Positions 1 through 10,855 of a DNA stretch of 64,000 bases are shown here, piece by piece (within the stretch, counting starts at the first letter, position 1; each line of letters starts with the position of its first letter). The notes under the pieces are model-generated. The model was not told where the DNA came from and ran no database searches. It saw nothing but the letters and a program-made list of their open reading frames with translations. Both the position numbers and the translations under genes were made by a program. Source of the DNA: Acidobacteriota bacterium (lineage in GTDB: Bacteria > Acidobacteriota > UBA6911 > RPQK01 > JAJDTT01); NCBI GenBank assembly GCA_965217775.1, contig CBDCJH010000002.1, positions 5,152,001 through 5,216,000 of the forward strand, given 5' to 3'.

Positions 1-2067
<2,067 letters not shown>

Positions 2068-2146
2068 CGGCGGGAAACCTCGCCGGTCCGACACCCCCGC
2101 CGCTGCCGGCAGGAGCGTCCGGGCAATATTGAATCGGCTGGGATTT

Positions 2147-2377
2147 ATGGTGGAACCTGATCGCAAGTCTGCGCATCATTCTCCGGAGGCCTGTCCGGAG
2201 TGCCGGTATACCTTGAGCCGGCGCAGCACGTGGTGTCCCTACTGCGGGGTTCAACTCACCCACCCACCCTGGAAGAAGGTGGGGGCCTGGATTCTGCTGG
2301 TGTTGATCGTCTACGGTCTGGTCCAGTGCCATTTGCGTTTGCTGGACGGCCCCGACGGTTTGAATTCGTTGCCTTGA
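2147..2377 (+). CDS. Small zinc-ribbon membrane protein
   Basis: CPEC...CPYCG followed by a hydrophobic helix; ATG 2147 is in frame with ORF 2057..2377. Confidence 0.6.
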   Translation: MVEPDRKSAHHSPEACPECRYTLSRRSTWCPYCGVQLTHPPWKKVGAWILLVLIVYGLVQCHLRLLDGPDGLNSLP

Positions 2378-3117
2378 GAGTTCCTGATTTGAAGACTCCC
2401 GGCTACCGGCACCACTGCGTGACCCACGTGGGCTGGGTGCGCCCCGTGAACGAAGACACGCTGATCGAGTCTCCGGAACATCATTTGTTTGGAGTGTGCG
2501 ACGGCATGGGAGGGCATGCCGCCGGAGAAGTGGCCAGTGCTCTGGCGGCTACGGTCTTCCGGCGCGTGATGGCAGCAGGTGTCCTGCCCCCGGCAGCGGC
2601 GCTGGGCGAGGCCATCCGCCAAGCGGACGAGGCGGTTTACCGGGACCAGATGGTCCACCCGGCGCACAAGGGAATGGGAACGACTCTCAGCGCGCTCCTT
2701 CTCTCCGGTTCGGCGCCGGATGAGGCCTGGATCGGACACGTGGGCGATAGTCGGGTATATCGGTGCCGGAATCAGAGATTGGACCAACTGACGACGGATC
2801 ACTCGCCGGTATTCCGCCTCTATCGGAAGGGTCTTCTCTCCAAGGAGCAGGCTCGCCGGCACCCGCACAAGCATATCGTGGAACAGGCGCTGGGGCTGAG
2901 CCCTCCGGTCGAGGCGGATATTTTTGCCGTGGACGTCCGACCCGGAGATCTCTTTCTGCTCTGCACCGATGGTTTGAGCGATCAGGTCGGAGATGTTGAG
3001 ATCGAAGACGTTTGCCGATCCGGATCCGTGCGCGCCAGGGCCCGTCACCTGGTGCAAGCCGCCAATTTCAAGGGTGGATTGGACAATGTTTCCGTGGTCG
3101 TCGTGCAGATCCTGTAA
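2374..3117 (+). CDS. PP2C-family Ser/Thr protein phosphatase (Stp1/PrpC-like)
   Basis: RPVNED, VCDGMGGHAAGEVAS, GMGTT, HVGDSRVY, LCTDGL and GGLDN motifs; start placed at TTG 2374 (uncertain). Confidence 0.9.
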   Translation: MRVPDLKTPGYRHHCVTHVGWVRPVNEDTLIESPEHHLFGVCDGMGGHAAGEVASALAATVFRRVMAAGVLPPAAALGEAIRQADEAVYRDQMVHPAHKGMGTTLSALLLSGSAPDEAWIGHVGDSRVYRCRNQRLDQLTTDHSPVFRLYRKGLLSKEQARRHPHKHIVEQALGLSPPVEADIFAVDVRPGDLFLLCTDGLSDQVGDVEIEDVCRSGSVRARARHLVQAANFKGGLDNVSVVVVQIL

Positions 3118-3260
3118 TGGATAGGAATGCTCCGCCACCGGCCCGGTCCGGCGGACGCATAGGAGAAATAGGCATCGAGTTCATCCGGCTCCGGCGTCCT
3201 CGACGAGACCATTTCCCCTGCCGGGCCCGCTGGGCGAAAACGACCCGCCTGTCTTCACTC

Positions 3261-3288
3261 TTTCCTATTTCCTCTTTCCTATTTCCTC
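3261..3288 (+). repeat. Heptamer tandem repeat (TTTCCTA/TTTCCTC) x4
   Basis: tttccta tttcctc tttccta tttcctc read directly, upstream of the amidohydrolase RBS. Confidence 0.8.
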
Positions 3289-3310
3289 TGTTTCTCAGAA
3301 GGGGAGTGCC

Positions 3311-4225
3311 ATGAAACCGAATGACGCGCATTGCCATTTCTTCTCCCGGAACTTTATCCGGACGCTGGCTGGTGAGAGGGGACTCCGGGGGGACGACCCC
3401 GCGGGCGACGCCTGCCGAATCCTGGCATGGGATCCGCCCGGCTCCAACGGAGAGTTGGCGGACCGTTGGGTTGCGGAGTTGGATCGCCACCAGGTCGGCC
3501 GGGCGGCGATCATCGCCAGCGTCCCGGAAGATGAAGAGTCGGTGGCGGAAGCCTTGGGCCGGCATCCTGGGCGCTTTGTCGGATTCTTCATGGTGGACCC
3601 GACGCGGCAGGCGGCCGCGGAACGGGTGACCCGGGCGGTCACCGAGCTGGGGCTCCGCTGCGCCTGCCTGTTTCCCGGGATGCACGGATATGAACTCTCG
3701 GACCCGCGGGTGCTTGGCCTGGTCGAGCGGCTGGCGTCCGTGCCCGGCACGGCGCTATTCGTTCATTGTGGTGTACTGACCGTCGGCGCCAGGAAGAAGC
3801 TGGGATTGCCGGCCCGATTCGACCTCAGGTATTCCAATCCCTTGAATGTACATCCATTGGCGCTGGCCTATCCCGAACTGCCGTTCATTCTCCCTCACTT
3901 CGGCGCCGGGATGTTCCGCGAGGCCCTCATGCTGGGAGACCTGTGTCCCAACGTCCACCTGGACACGTCCAGCTCCAATTCCTGGATTCGATACTCCGGG
4001 TTGACCCTGGAGCAGGTCTTCGCCCGCTCCCTCGAGATCCTGGGTCCGGACCGGATTCTGTTTGGAACCGACTCTTCATTCTTTCCGCGGGGCTGGCAAA
4101 GCCCGCTCTGGGAAGAGCAGTCCCGGATCTTGAAGCAAGTTGGCTTGGACCGGGAGGGCCGCCGCAAGATTCAGTCCGCCAACTTCGAGCGGCTCTTCCC
4201 CGTCAAAGGTTCCCCAGCAGTCTGA
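3311..4225 (+). CDS. Amidohydrolase family (Amidohydro_2-like) protein
   Basis: N-terminal DAHCH, VHCG, PHFG and C-terminal ILFGTDS metal-binding motifs. Confidence 0.85.
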   Translation: MKPNDAHCHFFSRNFIRTLAGERGLRGDDPAGDACRILAWDPPGSNGELADRWVAELDRHQVGRAAIIASVPEDEESVAEALGRHPGRFVGFFMVDPTRQAAAERVTRAVTELGLRCACLFPGMHGYELSDPRVLGLVERLASVPGTALFVHCGVLTVGARKKLGLPARFDLRYSNPLNVHPLALAYPELPFILPHFGAGMFREALMLGDLCPNVHLDTSSSNSWIRYSGLTLEQVFARSLEILGPDRILFGTDSSFFPRGWQSPLWEEQSRILKQVGLDREGRRKIQSANFERLFPVKGSPAV

Positions 4226-4667
4226 GTAGAAACGCCCTGGCCCGGTCGTAGACGCGAGGACTGGAGCTCTCCCGGGGACCCGCCACGTTCAGAACCCGGA
4301 TCCGGTGACGCCGGATCCATTCCAGAACCGGTTCGGTTCCGGGGTCCAGGTCCAGGTCCACCCGCCGGCATGGCCGCCCTCGGCGCCGGGCTCGGACCCA
4401 GGTGAGCCGGGTGCCGCCGTCCACTCGGGTCCGGAACAGGATGAGGGTCCCGTTCGAATCTCGAACGTTCCAGTCGGTTCTCTGGTGGTACCGGCGGAGA
4501 GGCGTCTCCCGGAGCGGATAGCGGGGATCGAGAGGACCGTCCTCGGCGCGGCGGCCCCTCGGGCACCAGCCGCCGCAATCGAGCGATAGCTCCAGAGCCA
4601 CGTCCAGAGCCGCGCGGTCGACTCCCGTTTGTCCTCCCGAGACGATGCGATTCGGTCGGCCTTCCAC
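4203..4667 (-). CDS. Putative molybdenum carrier / SLOG-family protein
   Basis: IVSGGQTGVDRAALD, GGWCPRGRRAEDG, RTDWNVRDSNGTL and LNVAGPRES motifs. Confidence 0.85.
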   Translation of the reverse strand: MEGRPNRIVSGGQTGVDRAALDVALELSLDCGGWCPRGRRAEDGPLDPRYPLRETPLRRYHQRTDWNVRDSNGTLILFRTRVDGGTRLTWVRARRRGRPCRRVDLDLDPGTEPVLEWIRRHRIRVLNVAGPRESSSPRVYDRARAFLLRLLGNL

Positions 4668-5014
4668 GTTGCGCCTGCGCTCTCGTACAGCGGGTTACGC
4701 ACCGGTTCGAATGGATCGACGATACTATCCGCCACGCATCAACCCGCCATCCGCCCCGGGGTTCCCCGGATACCACCAGAAGATGTCGAGTATACTCACG
4801 AGCGTCCGCCAGCCCGCCGATATCGAATCCGCGATGTTTCCCGGACTCCATTTCGTACGTGAGGCGTGTCTGGAAATGGCATCGTCAATTTTTTGTCAGG
4901 GGTCCAGGAAGAAAAAGTCGGAATTTAAAACAACCATATCGGTATAATGTTGTCTTGAACAGATGTCCCTGGAAAAAACTGCGAGGATGGGTTTGGGGGG
5001 CGATTTCAAAGGCA

Positions 5015-5100
5015 TGTGGACAAGGTGTGGATAAATTGTGACTGTATGAACCATAAGTGAAGTTGCTATTGCGGATAGGGTCTTGCAGCCGAAATCCACA
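5015..5100. promoter_or_regulatory. DnaA-box cluster
   Basis: TGTGGATAA 5026-5034 (perfect reverse complement of TTATCCACA), TGTGGACAA 5015-5023 (1 mismatch), TGCGGATAG 5070-5078 and AAATCCACA 5092-5100 (2 mismatches each), in an AT-rich tract. Confidence 0.55.
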
Positions 5101-5134
5101 AGAAAAAGGCTCAATTTCTTGGTGAAATTTCTGG

Positions 5135-5162
5135 TTGCGCGGTTCGGAGAAAGGCATAGAAT
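5135..5162 (+). promoter_or_regulatory. Sigma70-type promoter for the structured RNA
   Basis: TTGCGC (5135-5140)-N16-TAGAAT (5157-5162); predicted start ~5169-5170 coincides with the base of the closing stem. Same architecture as the tRNA-Phe promoter in this window. Confidence 0.65.
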
Positions 5163-5168
5163 CTCCCT

Positions 5169-5645
5169 TGTCCCAAGGGGTAAACGCAAGTTGGCCCCGA
5201 GGCGGCGCCGGTCGCAAGCGGTCGATCCGGCTCCAGGGTTTCGGCCTTGAAGGTGGGGAGGCGGCCAGTGGCGGGCGGGCGAGTTCCTCAGCCGGTTTTG
5301 ATCGATTGAGGGGCAAGCGCCGAAGAGGCGCGCCGGATCTGCCGGAGCCTTCGGGCGAGGGTAGCGAAGGCGAGTGTTCAGAGGCTGCTTTCGGGGGTGC
5401 GGCTCCAGGGCGGCGGGTTGCTTCGGATTGGCGTGAACCGGTTGTTACCGGGGAACCTCAATGAAGGACGGCCCCCCTGGAGAGGAGCGGAAGTCGTCAG
5501 GGGCAAGGGCAGGTTCCTTCGGGACTTGGTCGAACACGGCGGCAGATGCTCCACTTGGGGGCACGGAAACTGGCCCCATTCGGGTCGGCAGAGAGTGCCT
5601 TTCGAGGCCGTGCAACTCGCGAATATCACTTGGGACACTTTTTTT
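5169..5645 (+). ncRNA. Large (~470 nt) highly structured non-coding RNA candidate, class not recognised
   Basis: Closing stem 5169-5193/5613-5637 (21 of 25 pairs); nested helices 5221-5230/5580-5589, 5251-5258/5549-5556, 5337-5344/5540-5547, 5374-5379/5532-5537; UUCG at 5240, 5350, 5390, 5422, 5518, 5601; T7 tract 5639-5645; no credible ORF. Confidence 0.75.
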
Positions 5646-5762
5646 CTTCCGGGCGCTCGTTCCCAGGCATCATCGGTTCCTTCCCGTGCAGTGAGTGTTG
5701 ACTTGCTGCGATCCATTTCGTTCTTTTTCCGTCGTCGCCGTTAGAGTAATCGTTGGATCTCC

Positions 5763-5790
5763 CGCGGGGTATATTACGCGGGGTATATTA
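5763..5790 (+). repeat. Perfect 14-bp tandem duplication CGCGGGGTATATTA x2 upstream of lysC
   Basis: Read directly; each unit contains a -10-like TATATT. Confidence 0.85.
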
Positions 5791-5820
5791 CGGTTTCTCG
5801 AAATCGCGTGAGATGAAGCT

Positions 5821-7203
5821 GTGATCGTTCTCAAATTCGGTGGGACGTCAGTTCAAGGCACGGACGCGGTGACGCGGGCCGTCCAGGTGATTCGGCGCCA
5901 ATTGTCCCGGGGCGAGGTCGTGGTCCTGTCCGCCATGGGCAAGACCACCAATGGACTGTTGGAGATGGCACGAACCGCCTCGTCCGGGGACATCGATTCC
6001 GCGTGGGCGATACGGGACGACCTGAGCGCGTTGCACGAGGCGGTGGCGCGTGAGCTCCTCTCGGGCCGCCGCTGGAAGAGTGTGGAAACGTCGCTGGCGG
6101 CCCTCTTCCGGGAGATGACCGATATCGTGCAGGGACTCTATCTGCTGGGTGAGACCAGTCCCCGGAGCATGGACCGTGTCGGGTCCTTCGGCGAACGCTT
6201 GAGCACGCTGATTTTCTCTGAAGTCCTCAGGGAAAACGGAATCCCTGCCGAGTTGGTGGACTCACGAGATCTGATCCGAACCGACGACCACTTCACCCAG
6301 GCTGCCGTCTTGCAGGAACTCACCCGGAACTGCGTCCGGGAACAGCTCCTGCCTCGGCTGCGCGCCGGAAAGGTGATCGTCGCGCCGGGCTTCATCGGCT
6401 CCACGGTAGACGGGGTCACGACCACCATCGGGCGCGGAGGGTCCGATTACACGGCCGCCCTGATCGGAGCCGCACTGGATGCCGAGGACATCCAGATCTG
6501 GACCGATGTTCCGGGCGTTCTCACCGCGGATCCCCGGATTGTTCCGGGCGTCTACAAGATTCACGCCATCTCCTTCGCCGAAGCAGCCGAGTTGGCCTAT
6601 TTCGGGGCCAAGGTGCTCCATCCCAGCACGCTGACACCGGCCATCGATCGGGACATCCCCGTGCATGTCTGCAACTCCAGGCAGATCGACGAGCGGGGAA
6701 CCTTCATTTCCGCGGCCCCCGTCTCCTCCTCCAGTCCCATCAAGTCCATTGCCTGCAAGCGGGGCATCACCATCGTCAACATTCTGTCCACCCAGATGCT
6801 GCTCTCTTACGGCTTCCTGCGCCGGATCTTCGAGGTGTTCGAGACTCACGAAACGGTGGTGGACGTGGTGGCCACTTCCGAGGTCAACGTCTCCCTGACC
6901 GTCGATTCCTCGCAGGAGCTGGAGGCGATCGGCAGCGATCTGGCGGAGTTCGGCGAGGTCCGGGTGGCCCCCGACATGGCCATCATCTGCACCGTGGGCG
7001 AGGACGTGAAGAAAACCCCCGGGATCGCGGCGCGGATCTTCGGGGCTCTGGAGGGGATCAACGTGCAAATGATCTCCCAGGGGGCGTCCCGTATCAACAT
7101 GACATTTCTGGTTGCGGAAGACACAATGGAGGAGGCCGTCCGGCTGCTCCACAACGAGTTCTTCCGGCAGCCGGACCCGGAGTTGTTCGAGCCCGTCGAG
7201 TAA
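5821..7203 (+). CDS. lysC: Aspartokinase (lysine-sensitive type)
   Basis: VLKFGGTSV, TTIGRGGSDYTA, WTDVPG, GAKVLHP and C-terminal ACT domains; first gene of the dap operon. Confidence 0.95.
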   Translation: MIVLKFGGTSVQGTDAVTRAVQVIRRQLSRGEVVVLSAMGKTTNGLLEMARTASSGDIDSAWAIRDDLSALHEAVARELLSGRRWKSVETSLAALFREMTDIVQGLYLLGETSPRSMDRVGSFGERLSTLIFSEVLRENGIPAELVDSRDLIRTDDHFTQAAVLQELTRNCVREQLLPRLRAGKVIVAPGFIGSTVDGVTTTIGRGGSDYTAALIGAALDAEDIQIWTDVPGVLTADPRIVPGVYKIHAISFAEAAELAYFGAKVLHPSTLTPAIDRDIPVHVCNSRQIDERGTFISAAPVSSSSPIKSIACKRGITIVNILSTQMLLSYGFLRRIFEVFETHETVVDVVATSEVNVSLTVDSSQELEAIGSDLAEFGEVRVAPDMAIICTVGEDVKKTPGIAARIFGALEGINVQMISQGASRINMTFLVAEDTMEEAVRLLHNEFFRQPDPELFEPVE

Positions 7204-7256
7204 GGGCGGATCGCGGCTCCGGCGTCCTTCGATTTTCGAGAAAGTCCGGGGTGGAC

Positions 7257-7955
7257 ATGAACATCACGTTGATCGGCTACGGAAAGATGGGGAGGGCCAT
7301 CGAGGCGGCCGCACAAGAGGCGGGAGACGAGATCGTCTCTTGGATGGATATCGACGAGAACCCGTTGGAGGCGGGTTTCTCGGGCGATTGGGTCGCCCGG
7401 ACGGACGTCATCATGGATTTCTCGACGGCGCACATCGTTCCGGTGAACGTGGCGAATGCCGTCCGTTGCGGGATTCCCATCGTCGTCGGGACGACCGGGT
7501 GGTACGACCAGATCGACAAGGTCCGGGACTCGGTGATCCGGGGCGGCGGCGCGTGCGTCTACGCGGGCAACTTCAGCCTGGGCGTGCAGATCTTCTTTCG
7601 GTTGACTCGCCGCGCGGGTGAGATGTTCTCCAGGTTCGAGGAATACCACCCCTACCTGGTGGAGACCCACCACGTCCGGAAGCTCGACGCGCCGTCGGGC
7701 ACCGCCTTCACCATGGAGAAGATCCTGGGTGAGTGTTACGGTCGCGCCGTCAACGCCGTCAGCGTCCGGGCGGGACATTTCCCCGGAATTCACGTCGCCG
7801 GTTTCGACTCGGCGGTGGATACCATCACGCTGGAGCACCAGGCCCGCAGCCGCGGCGGTTTCGCCCGTGGCGCTCTCTTTGCCGGCCGGTGGATCCAGGG
7901 CAAGCAGGGCTTCCACGCATTCGAGGATGCCGTTTTCGGAGAGCAAAATGATTGA
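7257..7955 (+). CDS. dapB: 4-hydroxy-tetrahydrodipicolinate reductase
   Basis: IGYGKMG, VVGTTGW, NFSLGV, ETHHVRKLDAPSGTA. Confidence 0.95.
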   Translation: MNITLIGYGKMGRAIEAAAQEAGDEIVSWMDIDENPLEAGFSGDWVARTDVIMDFSTAHIVPVNVANAVRCGIPIVVGTTGWYDQIDKVRDSVIRGGGACVYAGNFSLGVQIFFRLTRRAGEMFSRFEEYHPYLVETHHVRKLDAPSGTAFTMEKILGECYGRAVNAVSVRAGHFPGIHVAGFDSAVDTITLEHQARSRGGFARGALFAGRWIQGKQGFHAFEDAVFGEQND

Positions 7956-8844
7956 ACTGAAAGGCTGTGGAACCGCCCTGGTCACCCCCTTCACGTCTCA
8001 CCGTGACGTGGATGTGGACGCGTACCGCAAGTTGGTGGAGTGGCAGATCGAATCGGGAATCGACTTTCTGGTGCCCTGCGGGACCACCGGCGAGAGCGTC
8101 ACCCTGACTGAGGAGGAGTATGCATACGTCATTCAGATCTGTGTGGAGACGGCCTCGGGAGCGGTTCCGGTGGTGGCCGGAGCGGGGTCCAACGACACCC
8201 TTTACGCTCGCCAACTGGCGCAGGGCGCTGAGCATGAAGGCGCGGACGCCATCCTCTCGGTGACTCCCTATTACAACAAGCCGACCCCCGAGGGAACTTT
8301 CCGGCATTTTTCCGAAGTCGTCCGTTACCTGGACATCCCCCTGGTGTTCTACAACGTCCCGGGAAGGACCGGCACCAACATTCCGGTGGATACCCAGCTC
8401 CGCCTGGCCGGAGTGGACAACATCGTGGGAGTCAAGGAAGCCAGCGGGAATCTGGATCAGATCATGGAACTGCTGAGGCGCCGGCCCGAAGGGTTCCTGG
8501 TCTTCTCGGGCGATGACAGCCTGGCCTTTCCCATGGCCTGCCTGGGCGCGGAAGGAGTCATCTCCGTGGCCAGCAACGTGATCCCGGCGGAGATGTCCCG
8601 GATGATGGCCCTGGTCCGGGAGGGAGAGCTGGCCGAGGCGCGCGCCTTGCACCACCGTTATCTCCACCTCATGAACCTCAATTTTGTGGAGTCCAACCCC
8701 ATCCCGGTCAAGTACGCCTTGTCCCGAATGGGCCGCCTGACCGAGTCCTATCGACTGCCCCTCTGCCCCATGGAGGCGGGGAACAAGGAGAAGCTGGACC
8801 GGGAGCTGGACCGACTCGAGTTGTGCCATGTCCCAAGCCATTGA
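7948..8844 (+). CDS. dapA: 4-hydroxy-tetrahydrodipicolinate synthase
   Basis: [39 protein letters not shown]; ATG 7948 overlaps the end of dapB. Confidence 0.96.
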   Translation: MIELKGCGTALVTPFTSHRDVDVDAYRKLVEWQIESGIDFLVPCGTTGESVTLTEEEYAYVIQICVETASGAVPVVAGAGSNDTLYARQLAQGAEHEGADAILSVTPYYNKPTPEGTFRHFSEVVRYLDIPLVFYNVPGRTGTNIPVDTQLRLAGVDNIVGVKEASGNLDQIMELLRRRPEGFLVFSGDDSLAFPMACLGAEGVISVASNVIPAEMSRMMALVREGELAEARALHHRYLHLMNLNFVESNPIPVKYALSRMGRLTESYRLPLCPMEAGNKEKLDRELDRLELCHVPSH

Positions 8845-9646
8845 GCACCTTTTCGAAGCTGAGGAATTCACTCCGCAGGATCGGGTCACCCTGGACGCCT
8901 TCCTGGACGACCTGGATTTGGGACGGGTCCGGGCGGCCGAGAAGGTGGACGGGGAGTGGAGAGTCAACGGTTGGGTCAAGAAGGGCATTCTCGCCGGTTT
9001 TCGGATGGGGGTTATCAGCGACGTCTCCATCAACGACGGGTTCCGATACTTCGACAAGGACACGTTTCCCCTGAAGCGGTTCTCGCTCTCCTCAGGTGTG
9101 CGCATCGTGCCGGGGGGCTCGTCGATCCGCCGCGGTTGCCATGTGGCCGCGGGCGTGACCTGCATGCCTCCCATGTACATCAACGCCGGCGCCTATGTGG
9201 ACGAGGGGACCATGGTCGATTCCCATGCCCTGGTCGGATCGTGCGCCCAGATCGGGAAGCGGGTGCACCTCAGCGCCGGATGCCAGATCGGCGGCGTCCT
9301 GGAGCCGGTGGGGGCTCTGCCGGTGATCGTGGAGGACGACGCCCTGGTGGGGGGCAACACCGGAGTCTACGAGGGAACCATCGTTGGCCGGGAGGCGGTC
9401 CTGGCCGCGGGTGTCATTCTGACGGGCTCGACGCCGGTTTACGATCTGGTCCATGAGACCGTATACCGGTCCGCGCCCGGTGCTCCTCTCAAGATTCCTC
9501 CCGGCGCCGTCGTGGTGCCCGGATCCCGGCCCGTACAAAAAGGCTTCGGGAAACAACACGGCCTGTCCCTTTATGCTCCGGTGATCGTCAAATACCGGGA
9601 TCCGAAAACCGAGGGGTCGGTCCAACTCGAAGACCTGCTCCGATAG
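8828..9646 (+). CDS. dapD: Tetrahydrodipicolinate N-succinyltransferase
   Basis: [42 protein letters not shown] hexapeptide repeats. Confidence 0.95.
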   Translation: MSQAIEHLFEAEEFTPQDRVTLDAFLDDLDLGRVRAAEKVDGEWRVNGWVKKGILAGFRMGVISDVSINDGFRYFDKDTFPLKRFSLSSGVRIVPGGSSIRRGCHVAAGVTCMPPMYINAGAYVDEGTMVDSHALVGSCAQIGKRVHLSAGCQIGGVLEPVGALPVIVEDDALVGGNTGVYEGTIVGREAVLAAGVILTGSTPVYDLVHETVYRSAPGAPLKIPPGAVVVPGSRPVQKGFGKQHGLSLYAPVIVKYRDPKTEGSVQLEDLLR

Positions 9647-9702
9647 ACCGTGGCGACAGTCGGCGAGGTTCGCCTGGTTCGCCCCTTTCCCGCCGGTTCC
9701 TC

Positions 9703-10851
9703 ATGAGTCCCAGATTTGCCCGACGCCTGGACGGCATTGAGATCTCGATGATCCGCCAGATCATGTCCCGGGCCGCGGGTTGCGTGAACCTGGGACTGGG
9801 CGAGCCGGAGTTCGCGGATCCTCCGCGGGTCCGGGAACAGGCGCGCCGCGTGTTGGAGGGTGGGCGGATCGGCTACTCTCCCAACGCCGGGGTCCCCGAG
9901 CTTTGCCGCCGGATCCACGAGTACCACGGCGGCCGCGACGGTCATTCGGTCTGCGTGACCAACGGGAGCCAGGAGGCTCTGTTTGACGTGGTGTTCGCCC
10001 TGGCGGGGCCGGGAGACGAGGTGCTGGTTCCCAATCCGGGATACGTCACCTACCCGACGGCGGTCCGTTTGGCCGGGGCAACCCCGGTCTCGTACCCCTT
10101 GGGGGCCGGCGACGGATTCCAGTTGGATCTGGAGGAGCTCGAAGCCCTGGTCTCCTCTCGAACCCGGGCCTTGATTCTCAACACGCCTTCCAATCCGACG
10201 GGCCGAAGCCTCACATTGGAGCAACTCCAGGGTGCGGCGCGTCTGGCCGAAGAGAAGGATCTGGTGCTCGTCAGCGACGAGATCTACCGGGAGATCTACT
10301 ACGGTTCGCCGCCTGCGTCGGCACTGGACGCGACGGACGCCGCCGTCGTCATCTGCGGGTTCTCCAAGGCAGCCGCCATGACCGGATGGCGCCTGGGCTG
10401 GGCCTGCGGACCCCAAGCCATCATCGACAAGGTGACGGTGCTCCACCAGAACACCTCCATCTGTGCGTCCACGTTGACCCAGAGGGCGGCTCTGGCGTTG
10501 TTCACGCCGGAGGGTAGGGACGAAATCGAGCGTATGCGGCAGCGTATGGCACGGAATTGCCGATTCACCTGCCGGTGGCTCGGCCGGCGGATGGGACAGG
10601 CGTTCGTTCCGCCCGACGGGGCGTTCTACGTCATGGTCTCGGTTGAGGAAACGGGTCTCGACAGCCTCTCGGCGAGTCTGGAACTGCTCCAGGACAAGGT
10701 GGCCACCATTCCCGGCGCCGCCTTCGGGTCCGAGGGAGAAGGCTACCTGAGGCTTTCGTTTGCCTGCCTGCCTGAATCGCTTAAGAAAGGGCTCCGGCGG
10801 TTCGAGACGGGCATCAAGCGGCTCGCGCGGAACCGGAAACAGCGCAGGTGA
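9703..10851 (+). CDS. PLP-dependent aminotransferase class I/II (DapC candidate by context)
   Basis: NLGLGEP, NTPSNPTG, SDEIY, GFSKAAAMTGWRLG. Confidence 0.88.
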   Translation: MSPRFARRLDGIEISMIRQIMSRAAGCVNLGLGEPEFADPPRVREQARRVLEGGRIGYSPNAGVPELCRRIHEYHGGRDGHSVCVTNGSQEALFDVVFALAGPGDEVLVPNPGYVTYPTAVRLAGATPVSYPLGAGDGFQLDLEELEALVSSRTRALILNTPSNPTGRSLTLEQLQGAARLAEEKDLVLVSDEIYREIYYGSPPASALDATDAAVVICGFSKAAAMTGWRLGWACGPQAIIDKVTVLHQNTSICASTLTQRAALALFTPEGRDEIERMRQRMARNCRFTCRWLGRRMGQAFVPPDGAFYVMVSVEETGLDSLSASLELLQDKVATIPGAAFGSEGEGYLRLSFACLPESLKKGLRRFETGIKRLARNRKQRR

Positions 10852-10855
10852 TCTC

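Noticed and set aside
5322-5495. Lysine riboswitch upstream of lysC (GAAGAGGCGCG and GGGGGTGC resemble the E. coli lysC leader)
   Set aside because: The AGUA loop-E motif and the expected closing segment are missing, spacing is off, and these bases fit other helices of the larger ~470-nt fold. An Rfam lysine-riboswitch scan would settle it.
5169-5645. RNase P RNA, tmRNA, SRP or rRNA identity for the structured RNA
   Set aside because: No GAGGAAAGTCC or ACAGAA-CCGGCTTA signature on either strand, no tRNA-like T arm with CCA end, and no recognisable rRNA motifs.
4885-5744. Short ORFs across the intergenic region (4885..5316, 5135..5464, 5397..5744 and others)
   Set aside because: No recognisable motifs or RBS, low-complexity Gly/Arg composition; better explained by regulatory DNA and RNA structure.
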